From Catajapyx aquilonaris (lineage: Eukaryota), in contig KZ538620.1 in NCBI GenBank assembly GCA_000934665.2, forward strand, positions 1 through 58,131: a stretch of DNA of 58,131 nucleotides, given 5' to 3'. The notes below the pieces were generated by a model, which was not told the origin of the DNA, ran no database searches, and was given only the letters and a program-made list of their open reading frames with translations. Shown piece after piece: positions 1-11,629 of this stretch. A program made the translations under genes and the position numbers. The stretch's first letter is position 1. Each line of letters begins with the position of its first letter.

Positions 1-362
1 CCAAATGGTTCACCTCCGCCTTCAGCATCGAGTTTTCTCCCCTCAGTGTATTGGTGGTGGCCCTTAAGTCCTCCAGTTCGTCGTGCATACCTCGCTGCGA
101 CTCCTCCCATGTCGTGCGCAAGTCCGTGGTGACTTGGTCCATCCCAGCAACTAGGTCGGCTTTAAGTCCTTCCAGCAGGGATCGGATTGCGTCCATTGTC
201 ACTTCCTCCATGTAGAAACAATATCCGCAACGTGCGCTGACTAGGGCCACTAGGTGACTCACAGAGTCAAACTGGGAATCAGTTGGTGAGATAGGGTAAG
301 CGCAGGGAGAAGAGGAGCACCAAATGAGCACCACCGTGCTGCTTCGCTCCTGCCGGCCGTCT
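1..362 (-). mobile_element. 5' end of a probable non-LTR retrotransposon (LINE): short leader plus N-terminus of a coiled-coil ORF1-like protein (ATG at 211), running off the window edge
   Basis: Open frame from ATG 211 to the window edge: MEEVTMDAIRSLLEGLKADLVAGMDQVTTDLRTTWEESQRGMHDELEDLRATTNTLRGENSMLKAEVNHL, a heptad-like pattern typical of LINE ORF1p N-termini. A GC-rich leader gives way abruptly to AT-rich flank near 362. No RT or endonuclease is visible, so the LINE call is inference; a host coiled-coil gene is possible. Confidence 0.5.
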
Positions 363-1895
363 GATAATAATAAATTTGAGTCGATCACACTTTATAAGTG
401 TTTCACCTGGAGGAAGAGTGTGCAGAACGTGAGAAAGATTATTAGTATACACTACTTCCAACCACTACTTCCTGGCAACTCATAAAAAATATCTTGCTAA
501 CCAACAGAACTAAAAGAAACGATGCTTTGTCACATTCCTTGCTGGTACGACAAATTACGCGTAATTTATTGCAGGGAACTTGTGAGACTCCATTTGTATG
601 TTGTTGTTTTTTTGCAATGAACGTCTTATTACGTATTTGTGGCGACCTTAGTTAGGTGGGGCATGAGTAGCATGACAGAGGGAGTCAATAGCTACTTGCT
701 ATTCGACGTGTGACATGCTAATGGTAATATGCTTGGAAGAACATATCGATGTGTTGGTCGCATTGCCGCGGTCGGTTTGGAGCATAGGAATGATATTATT
801 GTGTCATGCTGTGTCCATTTAGTCCTGAAGACTCATAAAAGTCATAATGAACCAGGAATCCAGGATTTTTTTAAAAAGTGGTTGTACCCCATGAGACCAG
901 TGTCAACGTTGGGGGGTGGAATACCACCACCACCATATATCCATTTTGTATTTTCCATTTTCTTCAGACTCCGGGGCAGGGAATCAAGGACATTGGGCAA
1001 GGATCTTGGTTTCAGCCAAATTTTGAAATACCGTATAAGGAGGGGAAAATCGCGACAATTTGGAAATTACGCCTCGTTTGGATAATATTTTTCGGTTAGT
1101 GGAAGTGGTCAAAACACAATGAACATAAGTTATTACAAAAGTTTCCGAAACATATCATCAAACGTAGAGTCGCCGTGGAGAACGTCACATGTCCACGAAG
1201 TCGTAGGCTACGATGTGATTTCTGCTGTGGCTATCACTAGCATCACACATGCCTGGATATTGGTTCCATATGTGGACATGGTCCCATAGACTATGGCTCA
1301 ATTGTCAAAACGTCGTATTGGAGAAAATTTATATAAAAAGAATGGATATGTGTCACTTTGGTCTGCAGCATGAATCTGTGTCAGCGCCACAACTATGAAT
1401 CACAAATGAGAAGTCTCAGCCAATGCTCCTGTCAGTAAGGCAGTGAAAGTCTGGAAATGCAAAATTACGCAGGGTAATATGGACGCCATGTCTCTGCCAT
1501 ATAATAAACCTCAAACTGAATAAATGAATTTATTTGGCTAACATCATCATTCTCAAAACGTTGTAACCACATCATAATAATATTCATCATATTCATCATA
1601 TCAATAATAATATTTTTAAAACGTGAACTGAAATTGTTATTGAGTCAAAGAAGCAATAATAATTATTCAAATGGACCAAAATGGGTCACTTTCTGACTCA
1701 GACAAATCCTGTAAGGCTCCATAATCCCTGTTATGTACAGTATTGAGGAGTTTGATTGCATACGTATATAGACGAAAATACAAATTCAGTGAAAATTGGG
1801 CCTTATTTTATTTATCTGCCCAGCAAAAGTCCAGAAAAGCACTTTAAGGCGAGGTGAACGTCAAATACTGGGCGCCCGCCGCGGCGAGATGGTTT

Positions 1896-3884
1896 TTAAA
1901 CATCTCCCCAGTAGCGTCGAATACTTGTCAAAATATTGGGTGTTGAGTGAGTTACAATTTCCTTCAAAAATATGACAAGTCCTAGTACAGTTCCTCCCAA
2001 CAATATTATAAATGCACCTTGCAGATTCTCCGAGGAAAATGCATTTGCCCGTCTGTCAGCACTATAACCTCCTCCAGAGTTTTTCTTGGCTATTCTGGCA
2101 AGTCTCCAGGGTACGATAAATTTCCTGAATTTGTCACTTTTTATTCCGAGACCGATGCTGTTAAAAACATGAACTAAATGATTAAAGTTGTTAGAATAAA
2201 TGCTGTCTTTGCCAGTGGCCATTGAAATGTAGTAGACTGCAAGTGAATCGTCAGAGATGAATGTACGAATAGCACCATCACGCGAAAGCAACCATTCATT
2301 CATAAAATAGTCCAATTTCAATGAATTTGCAATGCATACTCGATTCTCATCGAATATAGTTGTCACACACTGTTGCACTTCCATAACTCTGAATATTCGC
2401 TCCAGATCAGGCAACTCTTCCTTTATGTCTGCATCTCCTGAATTCATAAGTGTGTAAAGGGCTTTCTCTATGTTTGCTAAGAATTTGTATTCAATAATTT
2501 CTGGGAATGTGAGCGGTATTTTTTCGGTTGGAGGGTAAGTGAGAAAATAAAATAACTTCGCTTCATACCCAGTGCCCATGATGATTGTAAAGTAATCCCA
2601 GAATAACAGGGCAATCATGAATGACACACAGATACCGCTGTTATTGTCAGGATATTGCTTAAATATCACTCGTGACAAGTACTGAAGACTTCCATGAAAG
2701 TTGTGAAATCTGACTAAGTAATAATTGCTAGGCAGTATTTGTCTCTTTGAGAAATGGGTCAAGAACAAAGCGTACATGAGTAACGAGATGAAGAAATAAC
2801 ACCAGAGTGCAAGTGCGTAAGGATACAAAATGACAAGAGGCGAGTAAATTATGTTGGGTTTGCGAGCAAGGAATGTGACTCGGTCTTGAGCATAAAATGG
2901 AGTCAGATCAAATATCGCGTTTGTAATTCCAATGACGGGAAGGAATGGTAAAAACTCTATGCGTCCTGTTCGGATTTCTTCCAGAAATTCGACTGCTTTC
3001 TTCGTATCTCTCATCAATTCCAGGGCATCGATGTAATCTACAGACCACTTGAAATTGAGAGCTTCTCCCATAAAACAAGTAATAAGAACATGCAAATGCT
3101 CATGCGGTTGGCAGTCTTTGTCACTGAAATTATTGTAAGAAATTCCCTTCAATGCTTTTCGATGAAAATTGTTGGCCGTGTCCTTCAAGAGCATCGAACC
3201 AATGGTGTCTGCCACCATGCTCTCATTCACTAGGGCGGAATAGACTGCTGGTTGTCCACGGTCGCAGAAGAAGCAAACTGAAGACAACTCTGCGGTACCA
3301 TCTTCGTGATGAGGTGAGATGAGAAGCTTGTATTTCAATCCTGAAGCTGGTTTTTGCAGAAGGAGATCGTCTTCTGCTTGTCCGTCTCTGATCCAGATGA
3401 GGAACTTGTCCTTTGTTTTCTTGACCTTGACCACTCCTTCCTCAGGATCCAGCAGCTCCTCCATGGCCTCCTCGTAGTTCTGGCTGCAAGTGGTCACCAG
3501 GTTGACCAAGCACTTGTACTGTCGAGTTGCTTGGAACATTACAGGATCCCCCTCTGGATCACTGTTGGATCCCCTCGAGGAGCAGTCCCACCTCTTCCGA
3601 AGAGAACCATGACTCGATCTGGCCAGCAACACGGGTCTTCCTGCCATGGACATGTTGGAAAGTAGAAGCTCCAAATGTCTGGGCCAATCCCACCCGAGGT
3701 CATGGGTCACGGCCAGGGGGCACTCTGCGGCCACAAGTGAGTCATTATTGAGCAAATTCCGCAATGATCTTGTCACATGTTCGTCTATTACTGATGGCTG
3801 TTGTTGATGAAATGACAGTTCGAAACAATGGATAAAACATATTAGTAGGTGGAAGATGAGAGTAATAATGATTAGAAAGTGCAT
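1896..3884 (-). CDS. Divergent ionotropic receptor (IR, iGluR superfamily), intronless, 662 aa (IR-A)
   Basis: Signal peptide; S1 end TFLARKP; TM1 YPYALALWCYFFISLL; pore-like LQYLSRVIFKQ; YFTIIMGTGYEAKLFYFLTYP (equivalent to iGluR SYTANLAAFLT); last TM ENLQGAFIILLGGTVLGLVIFLKE. Single-exon architecture is typical of divergent chemosensory IRs. Confidence 0.9.
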   Translation of the reverse strand: MHFLIIITLIFHLLICFIHCFELSFHQQQPSVIDEHVTRSLRNLLNNDSLVAAECPLAVTHDLGWDWPRHLELLLSNMSMAGRPVLLARSSHGSLRKRWDCSSRGSNSDPEGDPVMFQATRQYKCLVNLVTTCSQNYEEAMEELLDPEEGVVKVKKTKDKFLIWIRDGQAEDDLLLQKPASGLKYKLLISPHHEDGTAELSSVCFFCDRGQPAVYSALVNESMVADTIGSMLLKDTANNFHRKALKGISYNNFSDKDCQPHEHLHVLITCFMGEALNFKWSVDYIDALELMRDTKKAVEFLEEIRTGRIEFLPFLPVIGITNAIFDLTPFYAQDRVTFLARKPNIIYSPLVILYPYALALWCYFFISLLMYALFLTHFSKRQILPSNYYLVRFHNFHGSLQYLSRVIFKQYPDNNSGICVSFMIALLFWDYFTIIMGTGYEAKLFYFLTYPPTEKIPLTFPEIIEYKFLANIEKALYTLMNSGDADIKEELPDLERIFRVMEVQQCVTTIFDENRVCIANSLKLDYFMNEWLLSRDGAIRTFISDDSLAVYYISMATGKDSIYSNNFNHLVHVFNSIGLGIKSDKFRKFIVPWRLARIAKKNSGGGYSADRRANAFSSENLQGAFIILLGGTVLGLVIFLKEIVTHSTPNILTSIRRYWGDV

Positions 3885-3940
3885 TTTGAATCAACAAAGT
3901 AAAGAAATGAAGGAGTAAGACACTAGGCGTCTAACTAACC

Positions 3941-4090
3941 TCTATTGCACTGTAGGGAGTGAAATGGGCACCCAGTCATGTGATACGGTATGTGACATTT
4001 TCCTATTGCGCAGGCCCACATCCACAGGGTGCTACACACTGCAATTTCCCTCGTTAAAACACATCATACTTGAGCAAGCTCATCATTAAT
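3941..4090 (-). promoter_or_regulatory. Upstream block conserved among the three tandem IR genes (copy 1)
   Basis: Plus-strand motifs gcactg..gagtgaaatgggca, ctgcaattt and aaaacacatc..aagctcat recur in the same order just upstream of the ATG at ~8226-8370 and ~10700-10830. Confidence 0.5.
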
Positions 4091-6173
4091 AATAATTAAG
4101 TGTGATGTATGTCCCTCACGTGAGGTGCTCATGAGCTATAGATACCCTGTTGGGAAATACTGTATGGACAACCAGTGCAATGGCATGAAAATAATATTTC
4201 AAAGGACTAGTACTGTCTGCAATAAAATAAATAAAAAATAATATCCTGTCACTAATTATTATTAGGCAAATTAGGGCCGGACATAGATCAATTTTTCCCA
4301 ATCAAGTGGGCCTAAATGTTACTAGACCATCTCATAACTCACAATGACTGTTCATTATGTGTGGGATTGGTTTTTGACTGGTTTTTGACCTGGGGAAAGT
4401 CATCGAACTATATAGGGGGTATTTCCCAATCAAGACCCCGAAATGGTGTTAGACTATGTTGGATTTTGGTGAAAGAAATCACAGATCCCGGAACGCTTTA
4501 TATATCAAGTTTCATCCATATCGCTCACTGCAGTGTAGAGGGGGAATGTCGCGAAATTTGGAAAATGGCCGAAAATGAGGCCTTTTTGTGGAAAATATAT
4601 TTCGGTTAGTGGAAGTGGCCAAAACAATAAATATATACTATTCTCGGCTCCACTGGTGCTTAACATATCATCCAGAGCAGCCAGACACATGGACATTATT
4701 CCAACAAACCGTCACCTCATTATTTTTATATTACTGTATTACGATTGTATAGTGTTGGGAAAGGCCCCCTTTAGGACTCCCCCAGTATCGATTGAAGGAG
4801 TCAGGAAAGTCTGTTGCGTAATGATCACTTTATAGTGAAGCAACACTATGCTATACATTAAGCTACTATACGTATTGACATCTTCATTCGGTAATATTGA
4901 GGGGTCCAAGAGGTATTACCTGGTATTACCCAACACTTCCAAGAGAATCACTAGAATGGGGTGACGGTCTGTTAGTGACACTAAATGGCATCGACTGTTG
5001 CTTTCCTGGAAAGGACTAGAGTTCACACCAAGGCGAAGTGGGTGGCGACACTTACTTATTGAGTAAGAGGAGAGGTTGTGGAATGAACATACAGTACAAA
5101 ATATACAAATAACTTAAATAACAACAACCGATAAATTTTACAATGGATTTTTAAAAGCCACTTTTCCATTATGTTGCTGGGCATTTGCGAGGCCTGCAAT
5201 AAATACCTTAAAAGACAAAAATAATATTGGCATAATTGATGTGCGTTTTCTGAGATTATAGGGCGTGAATGTGGCAATGTAATAATACGGCGACATAGTT
5301 TTGTGTCCAAGGCATTCCCTCAATTTTTCGCTATGTGATGAAACGGTGAAACACACCTGGTTTAGCTGTGCTATAATATACTATTATTACCGTCATAGTT
5401 CTCTCCGTCAAGGTGCTCATCATGCAGCTTATAGAGACGCTTGAGTAATCAATGAAGAATACAATCGTATTGTTCAACGACGCTTTAAGTCAATATCCTG
5501 AAATATTTCAGCTTTAAGTTACCTGGGATTGCACCTTGCGACATAGCAAGATATTCAGCTGGAGTAGTTCCCCGTGAGTTTTACCCCCATTTACAATAAT
5601 ACTGATGAGAATCCTGTTTCAATCTGGCTGCAAGATTGTTGCCTCTGAAGTTCCTGTTGTCGTTTGTTTATTGCCGTCTTACAAAAGCTCTCTTAATTTA
5701 TATAATTATTTATGTGAAGACCTGAAATAAAAGCTTAGCGGGGTCGCATTTACTTCTTTTGAAAATTGCATTATCCTTTATGAGATAAAATCTCTTGGAA
5801 ACTGCAATTCCTTTATCAGCTAGGTGAATGACATTACAACCACATAGTTTTGGACATGTTTATTACACAATGCGTAGGTGCAGTACGTTATTATGAAAAT
5901 GTATAGCTGGAATGAATGACAAGCTGTTTGAAAGGTACATTAATATCAGAGGGATATTGTGGAAATACTCTGGTGAAACTCATTTAGGTTCAAAGCATCA
6001 TTAAGGAACAAAGAAAGTCAGGATTTTCGGCATTATATAGCATGTAAACAGGCGCAAGGTCAAATCTTTTCTTTGAATTATCTTTAAACTGATATTTTTG
6101 GACTGGGTGTATGCATACTGGCAATATTTAATGTACCGTACTGTATACCTATATGAGGCCCTCAAATATGTTT

Positions 6174-8177
6174 TCAGTATTTCTTTCCGAAAAAATCCTG
6201 AAAACATCTAGCCAGTGATTTTTTCGCCAATACTGTCGAATACCTATCAAAATATTTTGAAGGTACATTTTCCATCAAAAATACGACAAGTGCCATTGCA
6301 GTTCCTCCCAACAGTATGATAAATACCCCTTGCAAATTCTCCGCCGAAAATACTCTTATGTCACTATGACCTCCACCGGGATTTATTTCCGCTATTCTGG
6401 CAAGCCTCCAGTGCAACCAGAATCTTTTGAATCTCTGGCTCTTTATTCCGAGACCGATGCTATTGAAAATATGAACCCAGTGATTGAAGTTGTCAGAATA
6501 AATAGTGTCTTTGGCAAGGGCCATTGAAGAGTAGTAGAATGCTAAGGAATCGTCAGAGATGAATGTCTTAATAGCACCATCACGCGAAGGCAGTATTTCA
6601 TTCATGTAAATGCTCAACAAGTTTGAGTCTGCTATGCACACTCGATTTTCTTCAAATATGGTCCCCACACATTGTTCCATTCCCACAACTTGAGATATTC
6701 TCATCAAATCAGGAAACTCTTCATAGAGGTCTACATCCCCTGAATCCAGAACTGTGTAGAGATCCTCCTCTATATTTGCTAGGAAAATCGATTCAGTTAG
6801 TTCTTGGAATGTGAGAGGTATTTTTTCTGTTGGAGGATAAGTGAGAAAATAAAATAACTTCGCTTCATACCCGGTTGCAATGATGATTGTAAAGTAATAC
6901 CAGAACATCAAGGCAATCATGAATGACACACCCATCCCTCCATGATTGCCTGGATATTGCTTAATTATCACTCGTGCCAAGTATTGCAGATTTCCGAATA
7001 AAGTGTGAAATCTGATTGAGGAATTTCCAAGCAGTGTTTGCTTCTTAGAGAAATGGAATATGAACCAAGCGTACATGAGTAACGAGAGGAGGAAACAACA
7101 CCAAGGTACAAGTGCGTAAGGGTACAGGATGACAAGAGGCGTGTAAATTATATTGGGTTTGCGAGCAAGGAATGTTAGTCGCTCTTGAGCATGAGACGCA
7201 GTCAGGTCAAATATCGCGTTTGTGATCCCAATGACTGCTAAGTGTGGTATAAACGATATGCGTCCTGTTCTGATATCTTCCAGCAATTCGATTGCTTTGC
7301 TCGCATCACGCGCCAAATTATGGAAATCAACATAATCCACAGCCCACTTGAAATTGAGACCTTCTCCAATAAAACATGTGACAAGAAAAAGCAAATTATT
7401 ATGCGGATGGCAGTCTTTGTCAGTGAAATTGTCATCACTACACACTCCCTTTAGTACTTTCCCATGAAAAGTATTGGCCGTGTCCTTAAAGAGCATTGAA
7501 CCGATGTTGGTGTCTGCCACCATGCTCTCATTCACTAGGGTGGAATAGATGACTGGTTGTCCACGGTTGCAGAAGAAGCAGACTGAAGAGAACTCTGCTG
7601 CACCATCGTCGTAATGAGGGGAGATGAGAAGCTTGTATTTCAATCCTGAAGCTGGTTTCTGCAGAAGGAGATCGTCTTCTGCTTGTCCGTCTCTGATCCA
7701 GATGAGGAACTTGTCCTTTGTTTTCTTGACCTTGACCACTCCTTCCTCAGGATCCAGCACTTCCTCCATGGCCTCCTCGTAGTTCTGCTGGCAAACGGTG
7801 ACCAGGTTGACCAAGCACTTGTACTGTCGAGTTGGTTGGAATGCGACGGGATCATCTTTGGGATCACTAGATCCCCCCGATGAGCAATCCCACCTCCTCC
7901 GATCAGAACCAGTCGATTTGGTTAGCAGGACAGGTCTCCCTGCCCTGGACATGTTGGACACCAGGACCTGGAGGTGACCCGGCCAACCCCACCCGAGGTC
8001 ATGGGTCACAGCCAGGGGACACTCTGCTGTCACAAGTGAGTCATTGTTGAGCAAAGCCCACAATGATTTAGCCACGTGTTCGTCAACTACTGATGCTTGT
8101 TGGTGATGGAATGACGGTGCGTAACAATGGATAAAACATATTGGTAGGTGGAAGATGAGAGCAATTGGCAGGCGCAT
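6174..8177 (-). CDS. Divergent ionotropic receptor, intronless, 667 aa (IR-B)
   Basis: Colinear paralogue of IR-A with the same hallmarks (TFLARKP, TGYEAKLFYFLTYPP, ENLQGVFIILLGG). Confidence 0.9.
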   Translation of the reverse strand: MRLPIALIFHLPICFIHCYAPSFHHQQASVVDEHVAKSLWALLNNDSLVTAECPLAVTHDLGWGWPGHLQVLVSNMSRAGRPVLLTKSTGSDRRRWDCSSGGSSDPKDDPVAFQPTRQYKCLVNLVTVCQQNYEEAMEEVLDPEEGVVKVKKTKDKFLIWIRDGQAEDDLLLQKPASGLKYKLLISPHYDDGAAEFSSVCFFCNRGQPVIYSTLVNESMVADTNIGSMLFKDTANTFHGKVLKGVCSDDNFTDKDCHPHNNLLFLVTCFIGEGLNFKWAVDYVDFHNLARDASKAIELLEDIRTGRISFIPHLAVIGITNAIFDLTASHAQERLTFLARKPNIIYTPLVILYPYALVPWCCFLLSLLMYAWFIFHFSKKQTLLGNSSIRFHTLFGNLQYLARVIIKQYPGNHGGMGVSFMIALMFWYYFTIIIATGYEAKLFYFLTYPPTEKIPLTFQELTESIFLANIEEDLYTVLDSGDVDLYEEFPDLMRISQVVGMEQCVGTIFEENRVCIADSNLLSIYMNEILPSRDGAIKTFISDDSLAFYYSSMALAKDTIYSDNFNHWVHIFNSIGLGIKSQRFKRFWLHWRLARIAEINPGGGHSDIRVFSAENLQGVFIILLGGTAMALVVFLMENVPSKYFDRYSTVLAKKSLARCFQDFFGKKY

Positions 8178-8225
8178 TTTGAAACTAAATAACTTAGTCG
8201 CGAAATAAAGAACTGAACTAAACTC

Positions 8226-8370
8226 CCTCTATACTGCACTGTAGTGAGTGAAATGGGCAGCCCAGTATGTGATGTGACATAACATTTTGCGACAGACACA
8301 TGTCTCCAATGTGCCAACCCTGCAATTTTACGCACTAAAACACATCACACTTGCGTAAGCTCATCATTAC
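8226..8370 (-). promoter_or_regulatory. Conserved IR upstream block (copy 2)
   Basis: Same motif order as 3941-4090 and 10700-10830. Confidence 0.5.
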
Positions 8371-8660
8371 TTAGAAGCGATATTTCTCCCTCCCTTGATG
8401 TGCTCATCATGAACTAGATTCCAGTGTTGGTAAATACTGTATGTACTGTATGTATATACTGTATATTAATATCTCAAAACTGTTTTTTTTTGGACTTCGT
8501 GTATTTCACTTCTCTGCCAACGATATGCATACTGTACTTTTTTATAACTACGAAAAACACATCACTATTATTGATCATATTCAATAATTTTTTGCTATGA
8601 CCGCGAGCATTTACATGGCATCTAATGCATAAAGTACAATATTATTAACTGACATCATTA

Positions 8661-10631
8661 TCAAACCCTCCGAGACTCTGAAATATGTCCGCGGGATTTC
8701 TTGCGGAAGGGAATCCTGAAAACATATTGCCAGTCAATTTTTTGCCAGTAGTGTCGTAGAGGTGTCAAAATAATTAATGTTGAGTGAGGTGCAATTTCCT
8801 TCAAAAATATGACAAGTGCCAGTAAATTTCCTCCCAGCAATATGATAAATGCGCCTTGCAAATTCTGAACAGAAAAGGCAGATTCACTTCTGCCTCTACA
8901 ATCTCCTCCGACATTTTTCTCCGCTATTCTGGCAAGTCTCCAGTGATTCATAAATTTGCTGAATTCGTTGCTCTTTATTGCGAGGCCGATGTTATTGAAA
9001 ATTTGAACGAAATTATTAAAGTTGTCAGAGTAAATGCTGTCTTTTGGCAAAGCCCATAGAAGCGTAGTAAAATTCTAACGAATCTTCAGAGAGGAATGTC
9101 CGAACCACACCATTGCTCGTAGAAGGCAGTATTTCATTCATGTAAGCGATCAACCTGCTTGAGTCTCCTATGCAGACTCGATTTTCTTCAAAAAATATTG
9201 CCGTAACACACTCATCCAATCATAAGCCTTGAAATTCTCACTATATCAGAAGCCAATTTGTCGGTGTGTGTGTCGCCTGAGAGAACAAAAGTGAAAATAG
9301 TGAATTCTATATTTGCTGCGAATCCGTATTCAATAATTTCTGGGAATGTCTTCGGTATTTTTTTCCGTTGGAGGATAAGTGAGAAAGTAAAATAGCTTTG
9401 CTTCATACCCGGTGTCTACAATGATTATAAAGTAATACCAGAATAACACGGCTATCGTGAATGACACACTCATCCCGCCCTTATCGCTCGGATATTGTTT
9501 AATTATCACCCGTGCCAAGTACTGAAGAGTTTCGAAGAAGTTGCGGAATCTCACCGAGGAATTTCCTGGCAGTATCTGTCTCCTAGAGAAATGGAACAGG
9601 AACAAAGTGTATATGAGTATCGAGAAGAGGAAACAACACCAGGGTACAAGTGCGTAAGGGTACATGATGACAAGAGGTGTGTAAATTACGCTGGGTTTGC
9701 GAGCAAGGAAAGTGACTCGATCTTGTGCATAAGATGTAGTCAGGTCAAATGTCGCGTTTGTTATTTCAACTAAGGTAAAATACGGGATAAACGATATCCT
9801 CCCGTTTCTGAAATCTTCCAAAATTCCAAATACTTTGCTCGCATCTCTCATCAACCCTTGGAAATCAACAGAATCTACAGTCCACTTGAAATTGAGAGAT
9901 TCTCCCATAAAACAAGTCATAAAAGTAGAAAGGTCCACATGATTCGGATGGCAGTCTTTGTCATTGAAGCCGTAAATAAAAACTCCCTTCAGTTCTCTTC
10001 CATGAAAATTGTTGGCCGTGTCCTTGAACAGTATCGAACCAATGGTGGTGTCCGTCAGAATGCTCTCATTCACTTGGGTGGAATAAATGACTGGTAGTCC
10101 CCGGTCGCAGAAGAAGCAGGTGAGATGAGAAGCTTGTATTTCAATCCTGAAGCTGGTTTCTGCAGAAGGAGATCGTCTTCTGCTTGTCCGTCTCTGATCC
10201 AGATGAGGAACTTGTCCTTTGTTTTCTTGACCTTGACCACTCCTTCCTCAGGATCCAGCACTTCCTCCATGGCCTCCTCGTAGTTCTGGCTGCAGGTGGT
10301 CACCAAGTTGACAAGACACTTGTAGTCTCGAGTTGCTTTGAATGAGAAGCCCTTTGAATCCCTAGCCGATTTGGCCAGCAGGACAGGTCTTCCTGCCATG
10401 GACATGTTGGAAAGTAGAAGCTCCAAATGTCTGGGCCAATCCCACCCGAGGTCATGGGTCACGGCCAGGGGGCACTGCGGCCACAAGTGAGTCATTATTG
10501 AGCAAAGTCCGCAATGATCTTGTCACATGTTCGTCTATTACTGATGGCTCTTGTTGATGAAATGACAGTTCGAAACAACGGATAAAACATATTGGTAGGT
10601 TCAAAATGAAAGTAATTATTAGGATGCGCAT
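8661..10631 (-). pseudogene. Ionotropic receptor pseudogene (IR-C), about 5 frameshifts
   Basis: Colinear with IR-A/B from ATG 10631 (MRILIITF) to stop 8661 but split over six ORF fragments. Lesions: 2-nt deletion ~10474 (ggcactgcgg vs ggcactctgcgg in IR-A), 37-nt deletion ~10118 relative to IR-A, extra T in a homopolymer ~9360, indels ~9218 and ~9052. Confidence 0.85.
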
Positions 10632-10699
10632 TTTGAGGCAAGACAATCAACAAAATAATGCACAACTGGGCCACAATAAAGTTGTGTAAGTTGTTCTGT

Positions 10700-10830
10700 T
10701 GCACTGAAGTGAGTGAAATGGGCAGCCCATTGATGTGACATATCCTATTGCGACAGACACATATCCACCGAGTGTCACCCCCTGCAATTTTACGCACCAA
10801 AACACATCGTATGTAGCTCAAGCTCATTAT
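10700..10830 (-). promoter_or_regulatory. Conserved IR upstream block (copy 3)
   Basis: Same motif order as the other two copies. Confidence 0.5.
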
Positions 10831-11134
10831 TTTATAGGTACTATGTCTTCGCTACTAGCTATAAGCTGAAAACGCCTATAGATAACACAGGTTAGTAACT
10901 ACACACTTTGCTAACACACTTTGCGAAAGGGGCCAGTTATTTGGGTTTAACCTTCTTAAGAAATTGCTCAGCATGAAGATAGACAGTCATGAAGCATTCA
11001 GAGAGAAATATGTAACGAGCAACGATTTTCACACTTTCGGCAACCTTTGACATTCTAGATATTACATGAACGTCAAATATTACGAGTTTCATTTTGCAAT
11101 TTCAAAATTGCCGGTAATTTACTTCAATAGTAGT

Positions 11135-11225
11135 CGTTTGTATCGATGCGTGATCTCAATAGTGCGCATTGTCGGTGGTATCGCGGCTGGAAAAAAATGG
11201 CGATGAAAACACGGAAGTGACTCTT
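11135..11225 (+). promoter_or_regulatory. Candidate housekeeping-type promoter region of SLC30A9
   Basis: DRE-like tatcgatg (11141), YY1-like aaaatggcg and ETS-like cggaagtg cluster about 400-490 bp upstream of the ATG. Short motif matches only. Confidence 0.3.
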
Positions 11226-11629
11226 TTTGCCGAAAAATCTGACTTGTCCGCCCCCGTACAACGGACTCTGTCGCCCACGTTTAATACCAGGTAAAGCCCT
11301 CGATCAGGCGAGACGGTCCAGTCGGTACCAGGTACCTGCGCATTGTCTCCAAACGTCGAAAGAAGCCGACTTGGGATAGCCAATCAACAGCTGACTAATC
11401 AATTAATTGTAATTATGTAACAATTGTACTTAGACAATTATTGTAATTGTTAAGCGAAACAATTGATGTACAGATGGGCAAGCCTGCAGTGTTTACAGTG
11501 GACGCTTGCGTTACGGGCCTGTCCGCAGTGATTTAATTGCGTTTGCATATGCACATACAAGTAGGCTTCAATAATTTTAAATTGGTTTAATATTAATTAA
11601 CAATTTCAGCAAACGCTGGCCCTCGCAGG

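Noticed and set aside
1040..1180. Similarity to ~4540-4690 (ttcggttagtggaagtgg.caaaaca)
   Set aside because: Real but short; most simply a remnant of the IR tandem duplication or an old repeat, with no definable element.
3354..3751. Plus-strand ORFs antisense to IR-A (and similar ones opposite IR-B, IR-D, the ZF genes and the Pro-rich gene)
   Set aside because: Shadow ORFs of real coding sequence with no independent features.
5050..5560. Possible decayed LINE reverse-transcriptase 3' end on the minus strand (IDYSSV, PYNLR-like words)
   Set aside because: Only two short words in broken frames; too weak without a search.
8661..10631. Programmed frameshifting or tiny introns rescuing IR-C
   Set aside because: About five independent lesions including a 37-nt deletion, with no splice signals; pseudogene is the simpler explanation.
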